A DNA stretch of 56,159 nucleotides from Prorocentrum cordatum (Eukaryota): NCBI GenBank assembly GCA_963575745.1, contig CAUYUJ010000108.1:62001-118159 (forward strand). The letters run 5' to 3'. This document shows, piece by piece, positions 23,656-36,215 of this stretch (position 1 is its first letter; every line of letters begins with the position of its first letter). The translations under genes were made by a program, and so were the position numbers. The notes under the pieces were generated by a model. It had not been told where the DNA came from, did no database searches, and saw nothing but the letters and a program-made list of their open reading frames with translations.

Positions 23656-24400
23656 TGTATGTATGTATGTATGTATGTATGCATGCATGCATGCATGTAT
23701 GTATGTATGTATGTATGTATGTAGGTATATATGTACGTATATGAGTGTGCATGTTTGTGCACATTTATATAATCACTTGTATGTACGTTTGTATGCATTC
23801 ATGTATGTATGTATGTATGCACATACGTATGTATGTGTCCATCTATGTATGCATGTATGCGTGGCTGTATGCATGCATGTCTGCGTACATGTGTGCATGC
23901 ATGTGTATGCATGCATGCACGACTGCATGCACGTATATTTGTATGCCTGCGTGTATGTACGCATGCATGCAGGTGTACATGCATGCATGCCTTTACGTAT
24001 ACATTGTTGTACATGTGTGTATGTCTATAATTACATGCACGCGCATCTGTGCATGTATGTACGTATACATGCGTGTATGTATGTATGTGGGTCGGTAGGC
24101 ATGCATGCATACCTACATGTATGCATGTGTATGTATGTATGTATGTATGCATGCATGCATGTATGCATGTAGATATGTATGTCTGTGTATACATATGTAT
24201 ATTTGCGCGCATGCTTGTTTGTTTGATTGGTTGTTTGTATATTTGTATGTATGTGTGCAAACATGAAGGTATGAAGGTAGGCCAATATAATGTACGTATA
24301 CACGTGCATCCGTACGTACGTACGTAATTATGTATTTGTAGGTATGTATTATATGCATATGTCATTACATATATAAATATATGTTTATGCATATAAACAT
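23585..24400. repeat. (TATG/CATG)n satellite
   Basis: Directly visible. Confidence 0.95.
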
Positions 24401-25617
24401 ATTCCGCAAACGATGCTTGCAATTTTGGGCTTCCTTCTTGTCTGAAGAACTGACCCTGCGGGCTGGTTGGGTTGCTACTTTGTCGCCGTCACCGCCCCGT
24501 CGCCGCCTCGTCGCCGCCCGTCGCCAGGGCCTGTGCGTGAGTGAGGGATGAGGTGAGAGAATGCGTCAAGGTCTGTGCGTGCCAACCTCCTGGTGTCTTC
24601 AGCACCCAAATGGGGCAGAAGAAAGAGAACGACGTGAAACGGGAAACAGGAGAGAGATCAATGGGACCGGGCAGCGAGGGATGGGGGAGACGCAAACGCA
24701 TTCTGGGGGGGGGGGTCGGACTCAAAGAAACATACATTTTGTAGTTTTTCTCCTCATGGTAAGGCTCCTACCACTTCGTGAGGCAGGAAGCCGGGTGAGG
24801 GAGGCGGACGGAGGAACGAGTGAAGGAGAGATAAGGTGGAGGGAGGAGGAGAAGAGACACAACGGCGAAAAAGGAGCAGGATAGATGGATCAGGGAGAAA
24901 GGAAGGATGAGGAGAGAGGCCGTCCTGTGGCAGTCCTCCCTACTCCCTCCTCCCTCTTCCCTCCCTCCTCCCTCCTCCCTCCTCCTTCGGGGGCGGCTCT
25001 AGGGTGTCTTCAATACCTTCCTGGGGCCTGTTGCGGGCGTCTCGTGGGGCCTGTTGGGGGCCTCCCGGGGGTTTCTTGGGCGTCCTTTGGGCGCTCTTTG
25101 GGCTTCTGGGAGCCCGTGGGGGACTCTTGGGCGGATCCTTGGGGCTTTTCGGAGCCTTTTATTGGAGCCTCTTTGGGGCCTCGTGGGTGCCTCTTCGAGC
25201 GTCTTGGTGGCCTCTTGGGGCGTCTCTTGGAGGCACCTTGGAACTCTCGTGGGGATCATGCGCAAGCCTCGGAAGCGCATCGGAGGCGAAAGTGCGAGAA
25301 GGCAGAGGCCAGACATTTGTCCTTCGGTGTTTCAATGATTTTGGCTTCTCGAGGGCTTCCTTGGAGGTCTCTTGGGCGGTGTTGAGGGCCTCTTGGAGGC
25401 CTCTTGGCACTGCCTTGGGCGCTCGTGGGGGTCTCGTGGCCGTCGGGAAAATGTCCTGGGCGGTCTGACAGCTCTTGTGAGGTGTCTCGGAGCCGTCCTG
25501 GGCCGTCTCGAGGCCCTCCTGGGGTTCCCTGTGAGAGGATTTGCCCAGCATGTCATCGAGGTGGGGGGTGCCCTGGGGTGGGCGGGCGTACTTGTATAGA
25601 ATTTCTTTATTTCTTTA

Positions 25618-25691
<74 letters not shown>

Positions 25692-25879
25692 CCTCTCTCT
25701 TTCACACTTTTTTCCCCCCCCTCTCTCTCTCTTTTATCTCGGCGCCGCCCTCGACCGACCGAAATGTTTCGCCTACCTGGTGATCGATGTCCACCCCAAC
25801 CTCGCCCTCCACGCCGGTTGCCCTCCTGACATCATGGCGGTGCGATGCGAAATCTACGCCAGCCACCGCAGGTGCATCC

Positions 25880-26371
25880 GCATGGGTGGAGCCACTTCCC
25901 CCCCCCCACCTGGTGCGCACCAACGGCCGCCTCGAGGGGAGCTTCTGCTGTATCGGCGACATCATACTCTTCATGTGCATCTGGACCAACCGCCAGCATC
26001 GGTACGTCCCGCGTTCACAAAGCACGACGTACGTCGATGACGGCAACTCTACGGCCCCCACGGATGCAGAGCTAGGCAGGTCTCTCCATGAGACCGTGCT
26101 GTTTGACCGCCTCTGGAGTCAAGCACCGCCCTGTCAAGGTGGTGGCATGAGCGTTGGACCAGAGCTCCATGCTCAGGTGGTCGCCCTCACGCTTCACAGC
26201 GCACAGCTCAAAGTCCAACCCGAGCTCGAGACGATCGGAAGCTACATCCACGTTGCCAGCGACCCGTTGCGCGACGAGCTCAACCCGGCCGCCACCGCCC
26301 GACGAACGCGTGCACCGGGCCATGTCCCGCCTCCAACGCCTCACGCGGCTGCTGGCCGGCACCGAGGACAC
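25880..26371 (+). pseudogene. Degenerate non-LTR reverse-transcriptase fragment (second LINE family)
   Basis: TNGRLEGSFCCIGDIILFMCIW (decayed QG..S motif), then STTYVDD at RT-like spacing, then LETIGSYI. Confidence 0.6.
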
Positions 26372-26568
26372 TCGGGAGCGGCCAAGAGGGGGGCGTCCAA
26401 GAGGGGGGGGCTGGAAATCATGGCCGGCGGCATGTGCTCGGCCCAAGGGAGGGGGCCAGGGACGTAATGAAACAAGAAGAGGCGCCACGAAATCTGGGGA
26501 AATATCACGGCCCCCGCCGTGATATATTGCTCCCCCCTAGTCATCAACCCCCTCTTTCCCGCCCCCGA
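26372..26568. mobile_element. 197-bp MITE (family M2) with ~21-bp TIRs and CAC on both sides
   Basis: TCGGGAGCGGCCAAGAGGGGG versus CCCCCTCTTTCCCGCCCCCGA (18/21); flanked CAC|...|CAC. Confidence 0.7.
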
Positions 26569-27605
26569 CACCGCCGACGAACGCGTGCACCGGGCCGTGT
26601 CCCGCCTCCGACGCCTCACGCGGCTGCTGGCCGGCACCGAGGACACGGCCAAGGTCTCTGAAGCTGCACCCTGCGCGCCGTCCCCGCGGCGCCCCACGCC
26701 GGGCACGCCACCGTGGGCGTGCCCTTCGCCGGGCGGGGCGTCGCGCACGGGCCGCCGCTGCGCACAGCAGCGGCAAGCGCCGCCCGCCTGCCACGCCGAC
26801 GCCGCCCGCCCGCCGAGGCCGCGCCTGGCGCGCAGGCGGCCTGCGCTGCCATCGTCTGCCAGCCCAAAGTCCCCTCGGGCCAGGCGCACGCAGCAGCAGG
26901 CCCGGAGGGGTGCTTCCCCTCCGCCCTCTCCCTTCTCCTCGGCCTCTTCTTCCGCCTCCTCCTCCTCCCGTCAGATGTTCCTCCCCCTCCTCCTCTCCCT
27001 CCTCCTCCTCCTCCTCCTCCTCCTCCTCCTCCTCCTCCTCCTCCTCCTCCTCTTTCTCTAGGCACCTCCTCATTCTTGTTTTCCTTCCCCCCTCCTTGCG
27101 AAACCTGAACCGATGGAAAGGTGGACTGCTGCTGGTCCTCCTCCCCCCCTTCCTCCTCCTTGCTCCGTTCCTGCCAAATCCTCTCTTCTCTTTCCTTCCT
27201 CGCCCCCCCCCCCCTCCTTCCGCTCCTTCGCCTCCTGCTCCTCCTGCTCCTCCTTTTCCTTTTCTTCTTCGCTCCTTGCCTCTCCTGCTGCTGCTGCTGC
27301 TGCTGCTCCTCCTCCTCCTCGCTCGACGCCCGCCGCTCTCCACTGGCCGCGCTCCAGGCCTTGGGGATCGTGGCGCAGAACGCCGGCGCACCTGCGGGGG
27401 GGGGGGAGAGTGGGAAGAGCGAGGCAGGGAGGGAGGCATCTGTGAGTGAAGGGTAGGAGGGAGAGATGATAGGGAGGGCTGAGGAGGATGGAGGATGATG
27501 ATGTGGGAGGGGGGAGAACGAGGATGAGGAGGAGGAGGAGGAGGAGAACGACGCAGGAGGATGAGGATCAGGCAGGAGGAGGAGGAGGAAGAAGAGGAGG
27601 AGAAG

Positions 27606-27930
27606 GACCAGTGTAAACCCAAGATGCATAATGATGTTGCAATACCACCTCCCTCCAAATTTCCTCGTCATAGGTCCGTACAATTCACTGCGGGGACTGC
27701 CCTGTTGGAAAACAACCGTCTGAGAATCATCATCCGTGGCATAACGCCATTCCTGGGACTTTAGCGCCGCGGATCAACGTGACTGCTATGTCCTGACAAT
27801 CCTAGTGCCAGAACGCAGCCCCTAGGTCTTCTGCACCGCGGATCTACGTGACCGGTGCGTCCTGGTAGTCTTTAATCGTGCCCTAACATGACTCCTGGGA
27901 CTTTCACCGTACGAATCCTTGGAATTGTCG
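27606..27930 (+). repeat. R1 partial copy D
   Basis: Begins GACCAGTGTAAACCCAAG after a GAG tract; lacks the 83-bp array and the terminus. Confidence 0.75.
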
Positions 27931-28337
27931 CAAACTAAAGAGGGGCACGAGGGGGAGGAGCAGGAGGAGGAGAAGGGGGAGGAGGAGGAGGAGGAGGAGG
28001 AGGAGGAGGAGGAGGAGGAGAGGAGGAGGAGGAGGAGGAGAGAGGAGGAGGAGGAGGAGGAGAGGAGGAGGAGAGAGCATGAAGAGGACGAGGAGGTGGA
28101 GGACGAGGAGGTGGAGGAGGAGGAGGAGGAGGAGAAGGAGGAGAAGGAGAACTACACAGAAGGATGAGGATCAGGGAGGGGAGGAGGATCAGGGAGGGGA
28201 GAAGGAGGAGGATGATGATGAGGAGGAGAACGACGCAGGAGGATGAGGATCAGGGAGGAGGAGGAGGTGGAGGAGGAGGATGAGGAGGAGGGCGACGCAG
28301 AAGGATGAGGATCAGGCAGGAGGAAAAAGAGGAGGAG

Positions 28338-28605
28338 GACCGTTGCAAATCTAAGATGCATCATGATGCTGCAATGCCCCCTCCCTCCAAGTTTCCTCGT
28401 CATAGTTCCGTACAAGATCTTTCACTGCGGGGACTGCCCTGTTGGAAAACAACCGCCCGATAATCATCAGCCGTGGCATAACGCCATTCCTGGACCGCAT
28501 GTTGAAAACGGCCCGCCCTCCATCCGTGAAGCTGCTCCGTACTCTTAAAACTTCAGTGCCATGGAGTGTGAGGGGGGTCTCCGGCGAAACGCGTGGCCCG
28601 TCCTG
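28338..28605 (+). repeat. R1 internally deleted copy E
   Basis: GACCGTTGCAAATCTAAG...CCCTCCCTCCAAG...CATGTTGAAAACGGCCCGCCCTCCATCCGTGAAGCTGC. Confidence 0.7.
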
Positions 28606-29552
28606 CCGACACGCCTCGGGGCGAGACGGGGAGGAAGTTGTTCATCCGCCACCGTGCCTCTGGCCATGGAGTGGTCCCTTTACTTGAGAGGAGGAGGAGG
28701 AGGAGGAGGAGGAGGAGGAGGAGGAGGAGGAGGAGGAGGAGGAGGAGGAGGAGGAGGAGGAGGAGGAGGAGGAGGAGGAGGAGGAGGAGGAGGAGGAGGA
28801 GGAGGAGGAGGAGGACCCTTGGAGCCTCAGCCCCGCCCCGAGCCCAGGCCCCGACTTCTCGAGTCTCCCCAAGCTCGGCGCGTGCCCCCTGGGCCCTGGG
28901 CTCCCGCGTGCCTCCCCGGCGTGCCTCCTTGGGGCCCACGGGGGCCTCAAGGCGGGCCACGAGGGCCCCGCGCGACCTCCAAGGACGGAAAAGGGCCCCG
29001 AGACGCCCAAAGGTCGGCCCAGGACGCCCACGATGGCCTCAGCACGGCCCAGAAGGCCTCCGAGGCGCCTAAGAGGTCTCCAGGAGGCCTTCCGAGAGGG
29101 CCCCAAGAGGAACGCATCACTGACTGACGCAAGGTTTTCGTGAGATTTTGGCGTTCTGGCCTTTTCGGCTTTCCTACGCTCCAAAACGGCCCAAGAGGCC
29201 CCCAGGACAATCCCGAAATGGCCCAAGAGGCCTCCAAGAGGGCCCCAAGACGGCCTAAGAGGGCCCCAAGATGGCCCCCAAAGGGGCTCAAGAGAGGAAC
29301 ACGAACAGAAAATCCGAGCCCCCGGCCCCAAGAGGCACCCAGGAGGCCTCAAGAGGCCCCCTAAGAGGCCTCCAAGAGGCCGAAAGAGGCCCCGGGACTG
29401 CCCCGAAGAGGCTCCTGAGAGGCCTCCCACGAGATCCGAACGAACATCCAATAAGCTTCACACCCACAACCCAGTGGCAGGATGGGCCGAAGGCCAGTAG
29501 AGAAGGGAAATGCAGGGAGGAAGACGAGGAGGAGAAGAAGAAAGAGGAGGAG

Positions 29553-30490
29553 GACCAGTGTAAACCGAAGACTCATTAACGATATTGAAATATACCCTCC
29601 CTCCAAGATCCCTCTTCATAAATTCCAGCAAGGGGTCATTTCCACTGAAAGAATTGCCCCATTGGGGGACGACCGTTTGAACACCTTCAATCGTGCCGAA
29701 ACACCGTTCTCAGGATCTCAACGCCACGAGTTAACCTGGCTGTTACGCCTTGGCGATCCTGAATCGCGCCAGAACGCCGTTCCTGGGACCTCGACACCAT
29801 GACTCAATGTAACTTTTGCGCCCTGACAAGCTTGAATCGTTCCAGAACGCAATTCCTGGTACTTCAACCATGGGAGCCAATGCAACTCTTAGAAATATGT
29901 GTAACGAATCTGCGCGGCGCTAAAGCGAGAACCACACTTTGAAAAGGAGCCGCCCTCAATCCGTGAAGCTCTTGCAAATGTTTGAAAAAGAATGTGCGCG
30001 GCGCTAAAGCGAGAACCACACTTTGACAAGGAGCCAACCTCAATTCGTAAAGCAATTGCAACTTTTCAAATCGAATGTGCGCGGCGCTAAGGCGAACACC
30101 ACACTTTGAAAACCACCCACCCTCAATCCGCAAAACTCTTGCAACTTGTTAAAGCGAATGTGCGCGGCGCGAAAGCGGTAACTACGTTTGGAAAACACCC
30201 CCCTCAATCCGTGAAGCTCTTGCAAGTTGAAAGACGAATGTACGCGGCGATAAGGTCAGAACCACACTTTGAAAACCACCCCCTCAATCCGTGCAACTCT
30301 TGCAAATATTCAAAACGAATGTGCGCGGCGCGAAGGCGACAACAACATGTTGAACACGACCCGCCCTCCATCTGTAAAGCTGCTGCCAATTTTTAGTATA
30401 GGGTCATAAGTGGTGCAGAACTCTCTAGCGAAGCGCCCGGCCCGCCCTTTCGACCGGCCTCGGGGTGCGACAGGGAGAAGTTACTTATAA
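29553..30490 (+). repeat. R1 copy C (full length; six ~80-84-bp internal units)
   Basis: AATGTGCGCGGCG-type unit starts at ~29907, 29991, 30074, 30157, 30237 and 30318; same termini as copy B. Confidence 0.85.
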
Positions 30491-31774
30491 ACACATGCGA
30501 AAACTGTTGAAAGGAGGTGGTGGTAGTGGTAGAGGAGGATCAGGGAGAAGGAGGGTGTTGAGAAAGGAGGAGGAGGAAAACCTGAAGGAGAAGGATCCGA
30601 CAGGAAGGAAAAGGGTGTGGATGAAGGAGGAGGAGAGGAGGAGGAGGAGGAGAGGAGGAGAGGAGGAGGAGGAGGAGGAGGAGGAGAGGAGGAGGAGGAG
30701 GAGGAGGAGAGGAGGAGGAGGAGGAAGGAGAGGAGGAAGAGGAAGAGGAGAGGATGAGGATGAGGATGAGGATGAGGAGGAGGAGGAGGAGGAGGAGGAG
30801 GAGGGGGAGGAGGAGGAGGAAGAGGAGGAGGAGGAGGTGTGAAAATGGCACGCTCGTTTTGCTTCGTTACTGCCGCCGGTGCCATCTGACACCGCACGCG
30901 CGCGCACGCCTGTGTTTGAGCGACATGTTGACTCAAGGGTCTTGAACAGGTGCTTGACAGAGCCGTTGTGCCCTATGCTGAATTACTCTTCCTCGCGTGA
31001 AGGAGTAGAAGCGGTAATTCTAGTAAGTTGTGTCCCGTCAGTCCCAGTGCCATCAAGAAATATACGATGCAAATAGAGTCGGAGAAGGATGGCAGAATGT
31101 GTCGTCCGATCTTGAGGCAGCAGGAACCGATAGAACAACGGCCGCGGGGTTAGCAGCAAGAGCCGGAGCCCAGTCGACAGGCTGCGCTAGGCAGTCCGGG
31201 TGCGTGGGATCTTTGTTAAGCGTCTGATTTGCCGCGCAAAGCGGGAGGGCCTCGGAGCAGACCGGCGCCAGGAGTTAGTCAAGGGTGAAGCTGGCCTAGC
31301 CCTGCTTGCCTCTTAGCTCTTCAAGGAACTATCCAGGAAGAGAACGGCTAGCAGGGCGGCTCCGCGCATGGCCGCATCATTGCGCGCACTACGCGCCTGT
31401 GGGTCGCCCTTGCCAACCGACGGTCGCCGGTGGGACGGCTGGGGTGCGCAGGGAAGTCGCCACCAGCAGAACCCTGACGACTGACGCCAGAATGGCTCTG
31501 CGGCAAGAGCTCTTGAGGCAGATGTTTGAGGGACAGCGGGCACAGCAGAACGAACCACTCCAGATGATCAGTCAAGCTCTGATCGCGGTGGCCCACCGCC
31601 GTCGCCGAGGCAGTACTCCACAATCAAAGGTGAGCCCAGAGTCCAACGGCCGACACCAGGAGATAAACAAGGCCAGAAAATGGCAGAAACTACGCACTTA
31701 TCGGAACAACTCACAGGCATCTGCGAAGTGGCTACGCAGCATACAGTACGGAACACTCACAGCATGAAGCTAAG

Positions 31775-31914
31775 CTTGCGTAACTTCGCGCGGACTTCTT
31801 GGACCGGCGCTGGATCTCCCTTCCTGGCGCGCGTAGCGCACGGGGGGCGACGCCAGAGGCAACGCCAAGGGGGCCCAACGCCGATCCAAGACATCCGCGC
31901 GGCGCTCCGACAAC
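31775..31914. mobile_element. M1 diverged copy
   Basis: CGCGCGGACTTCTTGGACCGGCGCTGG...CCTGGCGCGCG...CGCCGATCCAAGACATCCGCGCGGCGCTCCG. Confidence 0.65.
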
Positions 31915-32353
31915 GTATGCTTATGCCGCTGCTTTTCTCAGATATAATGTTCTGCCACAGCGAAACGCTACCTCAGAGCAACTTCTCGCGCATCCGCCAG
32001 CACTGCGAAACCAATCGCACTGCCACTAACATCGTGCATCAGCACCGGCATCAATCAGGAAGGAAGGGGCGAGGGAGGAACACAAAGGAAGGACGGAAAG
32101 GCTGACGGCACTATGCCATATGCCCAAATTTACCACCGATTGTGCCTGCAACTTGTTCTTTGATATTGATGGCCTAGGTATGGCTGCTGTCCTTCAAGCT
32201 GTGATAGCCCCGGGAAGCTGCCTGCGAGGGGGCCGCAGAGACGGGCGTCGCGGTCCCTGCGCGAGCGTGGTCGCTGTGGGCGCTCCGCCAGGGCGCCAGA
32301 GGGGCGTCGGGGCCCCACGACGTCTCAGAGCCTCGATCCTCGAGTCGTTCCCG

Positions 32354-32955
32354 TCCTCCTCCTCCTCCTCCTCCTCCTCCTCCTCATTCTCCTCCTCCTC
32401 CTCCTCCTCCTCCTCCCTCCTCCTCCTCTCCTCCTCCCTCCTCCTCCTCCTCCTCCTCCTCCTCCTCCTCCTCCTCCTCCTCCTCCTCCTCCTCCTCCTC
32501 CTCCTCCTCCCTCCTCCTCCTCCTCCTCCTCCCCCTCCTCCTCCTCCTCCTCCTCCTCCTCCTCCCTCCTCACTCCTCCTCCTCCTCCTCCTCCTCCTCC
32601 TCCTCCTCCTCCTCCGCCCCCTACTCCTCCTCCTCCTCCTCCTCCTCTCCTCCTCCCCTCCTCCTCCTCCTTCTCCTCCTCCTCCTCCTCCTCATCCTCC
32701 TCCTCCTCCTCCTCCTCCTCCTCCTCCTCCTCCTCCTCCTCTCCTCCTCCTCCTCCTCCTCCTCCTCCTCCTCCTCCTCCCCCTCCCCTCCCCCTCCCCT
32801 CTCCCCCTCCCCCTCCCCCTCCCCTCCCCCTCCCCCTCCTCCTCCTCCTCCTCCTCCTCCTCCTCCTCCTCCTTCTCTCCTCCTCCTCCTCCTCCTCCTC
32901 CTCCTCCTCCTCCTCCTCCTCCTCCCAGTCCTACTCCTACTCCCACTCCTCCTCC
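32354..32955. repeat. (CCT)n microsatellite
   Basis: Directly visible. Confidence 0.95.
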
Positions 32956-34121
32956 ATCTCTTCTCCGTATAAATCCCACCAGCCCTCTGGGCGTGGGTGG
33001 TCTAGAGCGCTTCCTCTTCCAACCCCCTTTTTCCCCTTCGGGGGTTCAACCCTCCCCCTTACCCCATCCCCTGGACTTGGACGGGGGGTTTCGCGAGGGG
33101 TCGGAGCGTCCAAGATGGCCCAAGATGGGTCCCAAAGCGATAGAGCCCAAGATGAGCTCCAAGATGGTTCAAGATAGCCCAGGGTGCCTCAAGATGGCTC
33201 CCGAGATGCTCCGAGAGGTCCCATAAATGCTCCATGACGGCTCCACGTGGTCACAGAGCCCCCGCAGGAGGCTGCCAAGAGGCCAAACGCCTTCCAAAAC
33301 CTGAGGACAATCCATGCTTTTACTTTCTCGACTTTTCGCTTCCGATGGCCTTCCGAGGTCTCAGGATGGCTCCACGAGCGCCCAAGAGCGCCCAAAAGCG
33401 CCCCAAGAGGCGGTTTTAGGCACTCTAGAACGGCAAGGCTAATTGAAGCTCCCCTCTTTTTTGATCGATGTCTTCCACGATGGCTCCAAGAGCGCCCATA
33501 AAGCTCCCAAGAGCGCCCACAGAGGGCCCCAAGAGGCGCCCAGACGGCCACAAGAGGCGCCCAAGGGGCCTCCAAGAGGCTCCCAAGAGATCCCCAAGGG
33601 GCCTCAAGAGGATCCCGGAGGCACCCAATGCTCAAATACTGCCCTGGGCCCGCCAAGATGCCTCCCCCCAGACGCCCCAAGAGGCCTCCAAAAAGCTTCC
33701 AAGCGACATCCGAGGAGACTTCGTGAGGCATTCAAGAGGCTTCTGGCTCTTCTGTTCGCCCTTTCCTCCTCCTTCTCCTCCTCCTCCTCCTCCTCCTCCT
33801 CCTCCTCCTCCCTCTCTCTCCTCCTCCTTCTTCTCCTCCTCATCCGCCTACTCTTCCTCCTCCCTCCTGCCTCCTCGCCCTCCCCCACCTCCTCCTCCTC
33901 CTCCTCGTTATTTTCCACGTTCTCTTCCTCCTTCCTTCTCCTCGCCCTCCTCCTCCTCCTCCTGCTCCTACTCCAATTCCTCTTCCATCCTCTCCCCCTT
34001 GGGGTACGACGACTTGCCCAACCCTTTATTCCACTGCATTCTACTCCACATCCCTGATCAGGGCAACTCGTCTGGGCATCGTCTCTGGATGGGCTGGTGG
34101 GGTTACGCGAAGCGTCCAGAG

Positions 34122-34580
34122 TACCTCCTCCCTATCGCACCCCAAGGCGTGTCGGTAGGGCGGGCTGGGCGTTCCGCCCGAGACTTCCTCAACGTTGATG
34201 ATCCTGAGCCTGAGAGGCTGCTAGCAATTTTACGGACGGGAGGCGGGCGAATTTCAAAATGTGGCTCTCGCCGTAGCTCCGCGCACGTCCGTCCTGAAAG
34301 TTTGCCGGAGTTCCGCGCATGGAGGGTGGGCCGTTTGAGGTTTCACGGATGGGTGGCGGTTCCTTTTCAGAATGTTGGTCTCGCCTTAGCGCCGTGCGCA
34401 TTCGTCTTAAGCGCTCACAGCAGTTTCAAGGATTCTTATGGTAACGTCCCAGAAATTGTGTTTTGGCACGGTGTACGACTGTCAGGGCACAGCCATTACG
34501 TTGATTCGCAGCGTTGAAATCAAGAATAGCGTTCTGGCGCGATCTGGTATCGTCTTGACGCACGCACTTCAGAACGGCCC
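34122..34580 (-). repeat. R1 inverted partial copy F
   Basis: CTCCCTATCGCACCCC...GGGCGGGCTGGGCGTT..CGAGACTTC and TTTCAAAATGTGGCTCTCGCC are reverse complements of R1 segments. Confidence 0.75.
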
Positions 34581-34668
34581 GTGTCTGCGAGCCATGGAAG
34601 AGTTTAGCCTGGCGGCCAGATGGGCGTGTTCACGGGGGTGCCGATAATTAGCGGCCTTCCGCGCGCAG

Positions 34669-34830
34669 GGCGCCGTCCTCGAGATCCGCTCGTTCGTGCT
34701 GGACGCGCTGCTGATGGAGGAGGTCGTCAGGGGCAGCCTCGCAGCAGCGAGCCACTTCATCGGTGACACGTTCGAGGAGCAGCTGGAACCGAGCGGCGTC
34801 AGCCTCGCCTCCAGCGTGCCGCGTGACAAG
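34669..34830 (+). CDS. Candidate internal exon of an unidentified gene (GAVLEIRSFVLDALLMEEVVRG...VPRDK)
   Basis: CAG|G acceptor, AAG|GC donor, 162 nt in frame, GC3-rich protein-like codons. Confidence 0.4.
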
Positions 34831-35746
34831 GCCGGGCCGGAGACGCCGCAGTTCACGGGGGATTGTGGGGGCAGCGACGCGGAGGCCAACATCCATGTGG
34901 AGGAGCCCAATGTGTTCGCCGCGATCCTCGCCTTCCCCGAACTGGCGGACAGTCTCGTGGTGAAGGTCGTGACGCTCAAGATGAGGGGCGGGCTTGGCGC
35001 ACCGCTGGGCAGGCTGGGCAGCGCGCCGCTGCCGAGCAGAAGAAGGTCGCCGAGGTCCAGGAGGCCAGGTTCCTGCAGCCGCTTGGGGCCAATACCAGGG
35101 CCGATCAACGTGATGACGATGGCGCTGGTGAAGCCTGCATCCCTGAGGACGAGGGCTTGGATAACAAGATCGACAAGCTCGTGGAGGTGCCGACGCAGGA
35201 CGTCGACTCCGTCAGGGGGCTCGGTGTGCAGGCCGCCGCCGCGGACGCGCCGACGCGGAGCGGGAGGGCCACAGTCGAGGCCATCCAAGCGGCGGCGCAT
35301 GGCGCATGCCAGGGAGGCCGCTGCTCCAGACTGCCGCTGTGCCGTGTGGCGCCCCGAGCACGACAAGCTGGACGTGAGCAGGCAGAGTGCCGGGGCCCCC
35401 GCCGGCGCCGCCGCCGCCGCCCTGCTGGCTTGGGGCGTCTCTGGGAGCGCCGCGGGAGCCATGGGTGCCGGCGAAAGCCTTGGCGCGCACGGGCGCGGCC
35501 CCCCCCGCGGAGGCCTCTGGGCGCCTCGCCGAGGCCGCGGGGGCCGTTGGTGCCGGTGAAGGCCTTGGCGCGCATGGGCCCGGCCCGCCCGCCGAAGCCG
35601 CTGGGCGCCTCGCCGAGGCCGCCAGCGCTGCCGCAGCGGCCCGGCCGGCCCAGGGTCCCCCTGGGAGCGCCGGGCGCGCTGCCGCTGCCGAGCCCGGAAG
35701 TGCTGTGGGCCGCGTCGAGGTGCCGACCGTCGTCGCTGACGCGTAG

Positions 35747-35907
35747 GGCCGCCGCACCGATCGGGCCCGGCAGGCCGTCAATGGCTCGAGCATGGCTCCC
35801 CGAGGGGTGCGACGAGCACGAGGCCGCGCTGGCGGAGGCGACGGAGCGCTTCGGGTTCTCCATGGAGGACTTCCTCTCCGCCTTCGACGGGCAGACGAGG
35901 ATCGAGG
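35747..35907 (+). CDS. Candidate exon (...WLPEGCDEHEAALAEATERFGFSMEDFLSAFDGQTRIE)
   Basis: GC3-rich, protein-like island immediately before an (ACT)n tract; boundaries uncertain. Confidence 0.35.
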
Positions 35908-35944
35908 GGAAGAAGTACAGGAATAATACGGCTAATATTAAGAA

Positions 35945-36042
35945 AACTACTACTACTAATAAAAGCAATGCTACTTTCAACAATAAAAGTGCTACTATGG
36001 TTGCCATTACTACTACTACTACTACTTCTTCTACTACTACTG

Positions 36043-36082
<40 letters not shown>

Positions 36083-36096
36083 GACTACTACTACTA

Positions 36097-36166
<70 letters not shown>

Positions 36167-36215
36167 AACTACTACTACTACGGAACATAATGGCTACTAC
36201 TACAACTACTACTAC
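35945..36215. repeat. (ACT)n/(GCT)n microsatellite
   Basis: Directly visible. Confidence 0.95.

Noticed and set aside
20473..24422. MYVC/HTYI-rich ORFs
   Set aside because: They are translations of (TATG)n satellites.
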